This document shows positions 41,892-50,759 of a stretch of 64,000 nt of DNA, piece by piece (position 1 is the first letter of the stretch; each line of letters starts with the position of its first letter). A program made the translations under genes and the position numbers. The stretch comes from Candidatus Poribacteria bacterium (GTDB taxonomy: Bacteria > Poribacteria > WGA-4E > PCPOR2b). A model generated the notes under the pieces. The model was not told the DNA's origin. It saw nothing but the letters and a program-made list of their open reading frames with translations, and searched no databases. Where the stretch lies: positions 3,264,001-3,328,000 of the forward strand of contig OZ242326.1 of NCBI GenBank assembly GCA_965208325.1. Direction: 5' to 3'.

Positions 41892-42366
41892 TTGCCTCCA
41901 TTTTCTTTCGATAGTAATCCCGAATTAATTCATCTTTGATGACAGAATCCCCTTTTCTGTTTGCAATATCCCAAGGAGTACCTGACAAATGAGTAAGGCT
42001 CGATAGGTCTATTGCATCATGACCTTTATACTCGTCCCATACCGCATCTAAGAATTGCTCAATATCGGCGAATCCTTCTCTTTTGGATGGCTCTTTTTGA
42101 GTAGTATGCAAGGAAGCAGGTTCTTGTGCATACGTTTGAATAGGATTATGCCCGTAGTGTTTGAACTCATGATATAGCGTAGGAATGACAGGTCCGTATT
42201 TCCACGCTTCAACTCTATCTTCAAATAGAGGTTTATCTGTATACGCTAAATGCCAGCCGTGTGCAATATAAACCAATTTCAGAAGTTTCATTGGAGTTAG
42301 GGGGTCTTTGTCAGCTTTTCCCTTATCAATGAAGTGATTGGCAATTGCCTTTACAGAATACATCAT
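41872..42366 (-). CDS. Panacea (SocA/DUF4065/GepA) antitoxin-domain protein
   Basis: 'AIANHFI', 'LTPMKLLKLVYIAHGW', 'EAWKYGPV', 'LSSLTH..GTPW'. Confidence 0.88.
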   Translation of the reverse strand: MMYSVKAIANHFIDKGKADKDPLTPMKLLKLVYIAHGWHLAYTDKPLFEDRVEAWKYGPVIPTLYHEFKHYGHNPIQTYAQEPASLHTTQKEPSKREGFADIEQFLDAVWDEYKGHDAIDLSSLTHLSGTPWDIANRKGDSVIKDELIRDYYRKKMEANDDGEN

Positions 42367-42601
42367 GGATTCCTTTCGTGTTGTCGGTGTACATTGACTA
42401 TAAAGAGGCGCTATGACTTATCGCAACGCCTTTCGCTTGCGAATATACCATCGAGTACGCCGTAATGTCAAGGAAATGTCAAGTAAAACGAACACAGCAC
42501 TTGCAGTCTTTGCATTACCAAAACCGGGCAAAATCACCAAAATTGTTCCAAAAAAATCCAATGTAAGTTCATGGTGGCAACAAAAATCAAGGGGTCTACT
42601 A

Positions 42602-43232
42602 TGTTTACTTACCCCCAATGTTTAGACAGTTATGCTTGTTGATTAAGATGCAATTGCTAGGCAATCCGGCTATGCTTCAACACCTAGGTTTTTTGAAAAT
42701 ACACCTCGTGAGGTGTTCTAGTGTTGAGCGACGTATGAAGCCGCTCCTCATTATAAAACTTGAAATTGTTGTTCAAGCCACACCAAGCCGTGTGAACCGA
42801 GTCATAAGCGTGTAGATAGACATGTTCATACTTGACGGTCCGCCAGAGACGCTCAATGAAAATGTTGTCAAACACGCTGCCGGTACCAGTCCAACTGATG
42901 CGTATGTTAGCCGATTCGTAAAGGCATCTGACGTGAACTGCGCGCCCTGGTCGCTATTGAATATCAAAGGCCGAGAAGAACTCAATGCCCGTTCCAGTGC
43001 CGATAGACAAAAGTAATCGTCTAGTGTATTTGACAATTCCCATGATAACACATATCGAGAGTACCAATCTATAATCGCCACTAGATACACAAAGCCGGTG
43101 TTCAAGCGGATATAGGTGATATCAGTTGCCCATACCTGGTCCGGTCGAGTGATAATTGAATCCTTCAGTAAATAAGCATACTTTTTCGACAGCCTGCCGT
43201 GCTTGGAGAGATTCGGCGTGGGAAAGATTGGG
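42602..43232 (-). pseudogene. IS3-family transposase 3' fragment with terminal IR, frameshifted
   Basis: 'WATDITY', 'NSDQGAQFTS', 'DNIFIERLWRTVKYE', 'YNEERLH'; IR-like end at 42602-42628; 5' half missing. Confidence 0.82.
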
Positions 43233-43251
43233 CTGATGTCTCGCTGCCGTT

Positions 43252-43364
43252 CTTTCAGTCCGCTTTTCATCGCGGTAGAGGTTGTTACGCGTGTAATGAG
43301 TAATACGTAATGCGTAATTTATTAGAGCTTTGAGTGCGCTTTTGATTGCAGTATAGCTAGTGTC
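43252..43364 (-). CRISPR. Detached mini-array: perfect repeat + 39-nt spacer + degenerate repeat
   Basis: Perfect repeat 43252-43288; 27/37-matching copy 43328-43364. Confidence 0.75.
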
Positions 43365-43466
43365 CGGCGGTGGAAAACTTTCTTGCCCACGAAGTCACAT
43401 TACTCTGAATGTGTAGTGATGTAGTAGAAACAAGACTATCGCCTTCGCTATCCGCTCAGTTGATCC

Positions 43467-46400
43467 CTTTTCATCGCGGTAGAGGTTGTTACACTGCCAA
43501 GGTGCAATACCCAACTCTCATTGCGGGCTTTCAGTCCGCTTTTCATCGCGGTAGAGGTTGTTACAGAACAGGAGACGGAACGGCGCAAACTCCGCAGAAT
43601 CGCCTTTCAGTCCGCTTTCCATCGCGGTAGAGGTTGTTACCTGTACCCAGAGAATGACGATGAGATCTACGTGCACTTTCAGTCCGCTTTTCATCGCGGT
43701 AGAGGTTGTTACTCAATCCCACGCTTGACTTTCTTCTCGATACTCTTAAACTTTCAGTCCGCTTTTCATCGCGGTAGAGGTTGTTACTTATCAATTCGAT
43801 TTGAATCTGCGGCGGTTTTCAACTTTCAGTCCGCTTTTCATCGCGGTAGAGGTTGTTACGCAAGCCAAGACAGAATAATCTAATAGCAAAGTATGAACTT
43901 TCAGTCCGCTTTTCATCGCGGTAGAGGTTGTTACTCCCTTTATCTCGGTGTGTCTGTAGACACTAAATTGCTTTCAGTCCGCTTTTCATCGCGGTAGAGG
44001 TTGTTACCCAATTCTGCGTTGGTTATCAGTTTTCTAAATAATCTTTCAGTCCGCTTTTCATCGCGGTAGAGGTTGTTACGTCAACACGAGGGCAGGCACA
44101 ACGCACCACCAGAACTTTCAGTCCGCTTTTCATCGCGGTAGAGGTTGTTACTCTTGTTGATAGCATCCTGTTCTAACCCGTAGGCGACTTTCAGTCCGCT
44201 TTTCATCGCGGTAGAGGTTGTTACTGACTTGAATGAACTGGACATGTATCCGGTTCTGCATTTCTTCTTTCAGTCCGCTTTTCATCGCGGTAGAGGTTGT
44301 TACAGACAGTAGTTGGGCGTTTGGGCAACTAGATAGCGTCGCTTTCAGTCCGCTTTTCATCGCGGTAGAGGTTGTTACTAGTAGCTGCAGATAGGGTAGG
44401 GAGACGATGGATACTTTCAGTCCGCTTTTCATCGCGGTAGAGGTTGTTACCCGCGAGATTTGGGAGTTCCGCGCGGAATAGGTGCGCTTTCAGTCCGCTT
44501 TTCATCGCGGTAGAGGTTGTTACTAATTGATAACTCAATCTTCAAGCCAGATATGCCAAGCTTTCAGTCCGCTTTTCATCGCGGTAGAGGTTGTTACCAA
44601 TTCGACAGGCTGCGAATGAAACATCAGATCCATCTTTCAGTCCGCTTTTCATCGCGGTAGAGGTTGTTACGAAGAATCTCATGCCGTGAACCCTGAAGAT
44701 ATTTTGCTTTCAGTCCGCTTTTCATCGCGGTAGAGGTTGTTACTTGAATTGCCGCTTGCAGAAAACGCATTTGTGTTTTTGCTTTCAGTCCGCTTTTCAT
44801 CGCGGTAGAGGTTGTTACATGCAATGTTTCACTTGTGACAAGTCGGGCGCGGGTCTTTCAGTCCGCTTTTCATCGCGGTAGAGGTTGTTACCTAATACTT
44901 GCGAACGGGCGAAACACACGGCGCAATGCTTTCAGTCCGCTTTTCATCGCGGTAGAGGTTGTTACTCCAATTTTAGTGTCAGTTTTAGGGATTCTTTATT
45001 CTCTTTCAGTCCGCTTTTCATCGCGGTAGAGGTTGTTACTCTTTCGTCTGTACGCCTCCCGTTAAAGTGAAAAACTTTCAGTCCGCTTTTCATCGCGGTA
45101 GAGGTTGTTACCCGATAGGGGCGGTGGCACAGGCAACTTGATTGAACTTTCAGTCCGCTTTTCATCGCGGTAGAGGTTGTTACAATTCGCACGGCTTGAT
45201 TGAAGTATTTAAGAAGTTGGACTTTCAGTCCGCTTTTCATCGCGGTAGAGGTTGTTACAAAGTGAGCACCTTTGGATTCAGCTCTTTCTATTATCTTTCA
45301 GTCCGCTTTTCATCGCGGTAGAGGTTGTTACTTCTAACGTCAACCCGGCGGCGAACACAATTCGATCTTTCAGTCCGCTTTTCATCGCGGTAGAGGTTGT
45401 TACCACTAATCAGGTCGCTGAATATGAAAGCCTTTACGATCTTTCAGTCCGCTTTTCATCGCGGTAGAGGTTGTTACTTGCTAGAGCTGTACGAGAACGA
45501 GCCCATCGAAGAGTCTTTCAGTCCGCTTTTCATCGCGGTAGAGGTTGTTACTATGAAGAACCCTAGTATCTCTATTACCACCTACGGTACTTTCAGTCCG
45601 CTTTTCATCGCGGTAGAGGTTGTTACCCAAGTAGAAAAGAGTTCAAGGCTAGACTTACGAATCTTTCAGTCCGCTTTTCATCGCGGTAGAGGTTGTTACT
45701 CGCGTTGCCCTGTGGCGTGTCAATACGCTTCAGTGGTATCTTTCAGTCCGCTTTTCATCGCGGTAGAGGTTGTTACCTTTGTCTTGAACCGTCGCCCCCG
45801 CCATGCCTGATTCGCTTTCAGTCCGCTTTTCATCGCGGTAGAGGTTGTTACGCAAACCTTTGTGACTTTGCAAAGGTTAAGAAAACGCTTTCAGTCCGCT
45901 TTTCATCGCGGTAGAGGTTGTTACCAGAAATGTTGACATTCATACGGGCGACACGATAAGCTTTCAGTCCGCTTTTCATCGCGGTAGAGGTTGTTACTCA
46001 AGATCTTCCGTGCTGTTAATGACGTTGTTTTTACTTTCAGTCCGCTTTTCATCGCGGTAGAGGTTGTTACCTACTTTCCCCCTAGCCGGCACAAGACATG
46101 CTTCACCTTTCAGTCCGCTTTTCATCGCGGTAGAGGTTGTTACACATCACCTATCGGTGTACGGGAATGTCCTAGAGTCTTTCAGTCCGCTTTTCATCGC
46201 GGTAGAGGTTGTTACACGGATTCACGGGCGAAAAATTTTCACTGCCTTGACTTTCAGTCCGCTTTTCATCGCGGTAGAGGTTGTTACTTTCTAACACGGA
46301 CCCGAAAAGTAACACGATTCGATCTTTCAGTCCGCTTTTCATCGCGGTAGAGGTTGTTACCACGGTTCATGCGCGGAGTCGAGCCGGTCGTTGCGCGTCT

Positions 46401-46506
46401 TTCAGTCCGCTTTTCATCGCGGTAGAGGTTGTTACTTGGACGCCGCCTCAAACACGTCGAGATCGAGCACTTTCAGTCCGCTTTTCATCGCGGTAGAGGT
46501 TGTTAC
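43467..46506 (-). CRISPR. CRISPR array, 41 full 37-bp repeats GTAACAACCTCTACCGCGATGAAAAGCGGACTGAAAG plus a truncated trailer repeat
   Basis: Repeats counted by eye from 43528 to 46506, with unique spacers of roughly 35-43 nt. The GAAAG 3' end and a leader toward cas4 imply minus-strand transcription. Confidence 0.97.
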
Positions 46507-46899
46507 CGACCTCGTGTAGTAAAGTAAAGATTGGACAAACACAGCAGCAATCCACGTTTGTAAGTTTTATCTCCTATCATGACGGATACACCTTGTTATG
46601 TCGATGGTTTAGTGTTAATGTGCGGCGATTTGAGTTACCGTCTATATTGAAGGCATTCTCGCTCGAATTTTCGCAAATCTACTGATTTCTAACGAATACC
46701 GGCATAACTCGTTTTACGCCGAGCTAGTCCGTCGAAAATCGGGCTAAAGTTGACCTAAATCCGCAATTCTAATCTCGTTTACGTGCGGCAACATTCCCAA
46801 AAAAAGCCTGTCAACCCGCGTTGTGTCTGGATTTTACCCAATAATAAATCTTTCGCAAATCGCCCCAATTATTCCGCAGAAAAACGATTTGCGAAACGC
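46507..46899 (-). promoter_or_regulatory. CRISPR leader
   Basis: Non-coding region between cas4 and the first repeat. Confidence 0.65.
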
Positions 46900-47472
46900 T
46901 CACAATACATCGGCGCAGAACCTGCGAAATTCACACTCAACGCATTTTCCGCGCTGCGGCGTCGGCGAAGGCATTCGCTCGTGTGATAACATAGCCCGTA
47001 TCTGAGCGATACTGTCGAGGGTTTTTCGCCGCAACGCGTCTGAAATCGGTACAGCTGTGATTCGCTTTGTAGGAAACCGATAGATGAAACCTTGGGATAC
47101 TGTTTGGCCGAGGCATTCCTCCACCATCATGGCATACGCAGTCAACTGATATTTGGCATTGAGATTCAGCCTCTGCCTTGTGGACTTAAACTCAACTGGA
47201 AATGCGCCTTCATTTGCCTCAATGAGCAGGTCAAGCACGCCAGTCAATCCGAGAGCGTCCGCGTTCAGTGTGACATGAAACTTGCGGCTTCCCGATTCCA
47301 ACCCATACCGAGAGAGAAGGCGGCGCCGCTCCAAGACACTGAGCACCTCGTGTTTAACCGCGCCGTGCTGCATCGGATGCGTGACAGGGCGGTGGACCGG
47401 CGTGAAGTAGGTGTGATAGACCACCCGCGGGCAGTAGAAGTATTGTTTGATGTCACTCACACGTATTTTCAT
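46900..47472 (-). CDS. cas4: CRISPR-associated exonuclease Cas4
   Basis: 'QYFYCPR', 'G.LDL', 'PVEFK', 'QL.AYA', 'KC.ECEFRRFC'. Confidence 0.93.
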   Translation of the reverse strand: MKIRVSDIKQYFYCPRVVYHTYFTPVHRPVTHPMQHGAVKHEVLSVLERRRLLSRYGLESGSRKFHVTLNADALGLTGVLDLLIEANEGAFPVEFKSTRQRLNLNAKYQLTAYAMMVEECLGQTVSQGFIYRFPTKRITAVPISDALRRKTLDSIAQIRAMLSHERMPSPTPQRGKCVECEFRRFCADVL

Positions 47473-47557
47473 TCTTGGTTCCTTATAAAATCGCGGTGCA
47501 AAAGAATAGGAGAAACCGAGTTTTGGGGAAAAAACTCGGTTTTTGCCGTTAGAATAT

Positions 47558-47809
47558 TCATTCTCCGAACTCTTCAATGACGGTTCGTTTGTCGTAATCT
47601 TTTGCACATACACTCATGACTTCGATTACTCCCTCTGCTTTGCCGAGTTGAACTGCCAGTTTTTCCTCCAATGCGCGCCGCCGTGTCGTGTTAATGTCGC
47701 CGCGGAACGCGCTGTATTGGATTCGGTGTAAGCCGTAATCGAGGCAAACATCGGCGATTTTTTTGCGGATACGGTCATTGACGATGTCGTAGATGACGTA
47801 GGTTTGCAT
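47558..47809 (-). CDS. cas2: CRISPR-associated Cas2
   Basis: 'YVIYDI..DRIR.KIAD.C.DYGL.RIQYSAF.G'. Confidence 0.95.
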   Translation of the reverse strand: MQTYVIYDIVNDRIRKKIADVCLDYGLHRIQYSAFRGDINTTRRRALEEKLAVQLGKAEGVIEVMSVCAKDYDKRTVIEEFGE

Positions 47810-47818
47810 GGGGAAGAC

Positions 47819-47940
47819 TAATGAGTAATGCGTAATGAGTAATGAGTAATGCGTAATGCGTAATGAGTAATGCGTAATGAGTAATGCGTAATGAGTAATG
47901 CGTAATGAGTAATGCGTAATGAGTAATACGTAATGCGTAA
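47819..47940. repeat. Heptamer tandem repeat (~17 x GAGTAAT/GCGTAAT) between cas1 and cas2
   Basis: Direct inspection. Confidence 0.9.
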
Positions 47941-47999
47941 AAGTGCGATGCGAGAAACAGAGTTTTGAAGAAAAAAACTCGGTTTCAAGAATTTGCCCA

Positions 48000-49100
48000 T
48001 TACCATGTGGCGATGAAGGGTTGATAGTCCCGTTCGCGGCGTAGGAACATTGCCAGGTGTCGGGCTTGGACTTGAATGATGTTGCAGAGTTTTTGTTCCT
48101 TACGCTCGAACCGCTCGGTTTCCTGTAATCGCCCTAACACACGGCCGGCAATTGCGCGGCGGGTTTCCCGGCTTAGTCGGCGCTGCGAGGGCGTATCTGC
48201 CGCCTCATTGGATGCTGAGGATTGGTGAGCGGCTTTTGCGGCTTCGCTGTCTGGCTCTTCCCACTCGACGTTGAATCTTTTGTTAATCATGGCGAACACA
48301 ACCCTATCCACGACGGACTGGCGGAACTCTTCGATAAAGTCTAACACTAACGACGGTTTGCCGGGACGGTCGACATGCAGGAACCCCGCAAACGGTTCGA
48401 GTCCGGCGAGTGACAGCGCGCTCCAGACTTGCGAGTAGAGCATCCCGTAGCCGTAGTTTAGCAGTGCGTTGACATCATCGACTGCGCCGCGATGGTTTCG
48501 GGTGGTGAAGCGTCCGGCGGGCAGTAGGCGTTGGACGCATTCCCAGTAGAGCGCGCCGGCGCGTCCTTCGAGATTAAGGAGCGTCGATCGCATCGCATCA
48601 ACCGGTGTGGTGGTATCGGCGGGCGTTTCCAGAGCGCTCAACTCCGACAGAATCGCCTCAATTTTTGCAATGCGTTCCATGAGTTCACCAAATTTTTTTG
48701 GTGCTTGTTTCTTGCGGTATTTTCCGAAATATCGGACGAGGTTTACTTGATTCTTCAGCTTGCCCGCTGCGAACCGTTTGGCAATCTCCAATCCGCGCTC
48801 GTCGTGGTAGGCGGCGAGTTGTTCGCGTCTTGAGATTACGGTGGCGGTAAGGGATGGGCTGTTGAGTTTCGCGTACGGTTTTCCGTTGAAGCTGAGGAAC
48901 GAGATTTCGATGCCGCGTTCGGTACACGCTTCAATCAGGTCTGAAGAGACACTGACCCCGCGCGAGGCGATAACAATCTGGTCGAGATCCATAAGAGCGT
49001 GTTCCTCTTTACCACGCTCCTTGTCTCGGTATCGGACACTGACACGCTCGGAGTGTTTGCCGAGATAGGTGCCGTAATCGGAGATAGTGAGTTGGTTCAT
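48000..49100 (-). CDS. cas1: CRISPR-associated endonuclease Cas1
   Basis: 'EGRAGALYW', 'NALLNYGY', 'GFLH', 'SLVLDFIEEFR..VDR'. Confidence 0.96.
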   Translation of the reverse strand: MNQLTISDYGTYLGKHSERVSVRYRDKERGKEEHALMDLDQIVIASRGVSVSSDLIEACTERGIEISFLSFNGKPYAKLNSPSLTATVISRREQLAAYHDERGLEIAKRFAAGKLKNQVNLVRYFGKYRKKQAPKKFGELMERIAKIEAILSELSALETPADTTTPVDAMRSTLLNLEGRAGALYWECVQRLLPAGRFTTRNHRGAVDDVNALLNYGYGMLYSQVWSALSLAGLEPFAGFLHVDRPGKPSLVLDFIEEFRQSVVDRVVFAMINKRFNVEWEEPDSEAAKAAHQSSASNEAADTPSQRRLSRETRRAIAGRVLGRLQETERFERKEQKLCNIIQVQARHLAMFLRRERDYQPFIATW

Positions 49101-49278
49101 TTTCTCTTTCCTTTCAATCTAATTGCATAGAATAATCTCGAAGTGTTTTCTTAATCCTTGCGCGAATGCCGAAATTCAGGTACACTTTAAAGACGATTGA
49201 CCAATCGTTGAACCCCGTGCAACTGCCCTGCAACACTACGCCATTTTCGACACACGATTGATGCAAAGGACCCAATTA

Positions 49279-49560
49279 ATGTGCCAACAACCCAATACTT
49301 ACAGATTTCTTGAAGCCCGTCCGAATCATTGGCGCCGGCAACTCTGGATAAAGGGTAGAAACATGACCGTTTGGCACCTTATCGCCGCCATGCGCACCGA
49401 ACGCGAGACTCTTGAGGGTACTGCCAAAAACTTTGAGTTGCCGCTTGAAGCGGTCCTTGAAGCAACACACTACTATGTCCTCCACAAAGACATTGTCGAA
49501 GCCGACACGAAAGAGGAGAAGCGCATTCTCACCGAAGAATTCGGTTATCACTTGGATTAA
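49279..49560 (+). CDS. DUF433-like antitoxin
   Basis: 'IKGRNMTVWHLI...TAKNFELPLEAVLEA..YY'. Confidence 0.75.
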   Translation: MCQQPNTYRFLEARPNHWRRQLWIKGRNMTVWHLIAAMRTERETLEGTAKNFELPLEAVLEATHYYVLHKDIVEADTKEEKRILTEEFGYHLD

Positions 49561-49562
49561 CC

Positions 49563-49931
49563 ATGTCTTTCACAATCTACCTTGAAGATTGTTCTGATGA
49601 TAACCGTCTAATCCATTCCCTCACGCTGGCAGGACACTCCGTTATATCACCCCGATCGACAAATACAAAAGACTTGGAGGATGCCGACCACCTCCGCTAC
49701 GCCGCAGCTCATGGTTACTGTGTCCTTACCCATAACCCCGCAGATTTTCGCCGATTACACCGTGATTGGCAGGATCGAGGATATACGCATTCGGGAATTT
49801 TTATTATCTACCGTGACAACAACATTCGCAAGGATATGAACAATATTGACATCGTCAGGTCCATCGCAAACCTGTCGGCTTCAAACTTACCTATCGCCAA
49901 CGAAATCCACATCCTCAATCAGTGGCGATAG
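49563..49931 (+). CDS. DUF5615 PIN-like toxin
   Basis: 'IYLED', 'D..HLRYA......VLTHNPADF..LH.....HSGI'. Confidence 0.8.
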   Translation: MSFTIYLEDCSDDNRLIHSLTLAGHSVISPRSTNTKDLEDADHLRYAAAHGYCVLTHNPADFRRLHRDWQDRGYTHSGIFIIYRDNNIRKDMNNIDIVRSIANLSASNLPIANEIHILNQWR

Positions 49932-50003
49932 TAGCTTCAAAGCAGGCACGAGGCGCATGTTAATTGCGCTAGCCCGACCAAGAAGGGCAAACCGATCAAC
50001 CGA

Positions 50004-50255
50004 CTGAATAAAGAGGGCGATAGAAATTCCGCAGCGAACGAGGCCGAAATTAACGCGGCGGCAGTATCGGACCCCGACGCCCAGCCGACAGATAAGGCTT
50101 TCTGGAGTGATGCCGAGGTTGTAATTCCCGAACCTAAACACGCTATTTCTCTGCGCGTCGACAGCGATGTGCTCAAGTGGTTCAAATCTCAGGGCAAAGG
50201 TTACCAGACCCGTATGAACGCCGTGTTGCGGGCGTATATGGAAACACATCAATAG
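50004..50255 (+). pseudogene. BrnA-family antitoxin lacking a canonical start codon
   Basis: Manual translation '..SDPDAQPTDKAFWSDAEVVIPEPKHAISLRVDSDVLKWFKSQGKGYQTRMNAVLRAYMETHQ*'; no upstream ATG in frame; no BrnT. Confidence 0.75.
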
Positions 50256-50368
50256 GAAGCGCCCAGCCGAGTTTGAAACATAAACCGTGCCGCTTAGGCG
50301 CAATTTTTACGCGTCCACACTGAAACCGAGTTTTTTCTTTCAAAACTCGGTTTCTTTCGACACGTACA

Positions 50369-50490
50369 ATTTATGACGAATTCGGAGCTAGGTTCGCGAC
50401 GTTTCGCGAAACGCCGACAAACTATCTGTGGGCGTACGAGGTGCGAGTTAAGGACCCAGACGGTCACAACCTGTGATTCAGGTTTTAACC
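50369..50490 (+). pseudogene. VOC/glyoxalase-family 3' fragment
   Basis: Manual translation 'YDEFGARFATFRETPTNYLWAYEVRVKDPDGHNL*F'; begins right after a REP palindrome. Confidence 0.55.
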
Positions 50491-50759
50491 GAAAAATGAT
50501 GAACGGTGCAGCGAGTCGCATCTTTGAGATGATGACTTGTTTGCGATCGGTTTCTTACGCTGAACGTTCCGTATTTTTCCCAAATTTTTATTAGACATTA
50601 GTATGTTCAACTAGCATACTTAAACTGATGCAGGCTTACAGAAACCGAGTTTTTTCCGGAGTAGAAACGCGAAATTGACGAAAATCGGGGCAATTTACCT
50701 TTTTTGATTTAGCATTCGTTAACCAAAAACTCGGTTTCTCTGCATACGTAGGGATTGCA

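Noticed and set aside
43409..46496. Many ORFs across the CRISPR array
   Set aside because: Translations of repeats (FQSAFHRGRGCY / VTTSTAMKSGLK), not genes.
47818..48006. 62-aa 'LRITHY' repeat ORF between cas1 and cas2
   Set aside because: Product of the heptamer tandem repeat and REP hairpin; no coding evidence.
49887..50303. 138-aa minus-strand ORF
   Set aside because: Antisense shadow of the BrnA-like sequence on the plus strand.
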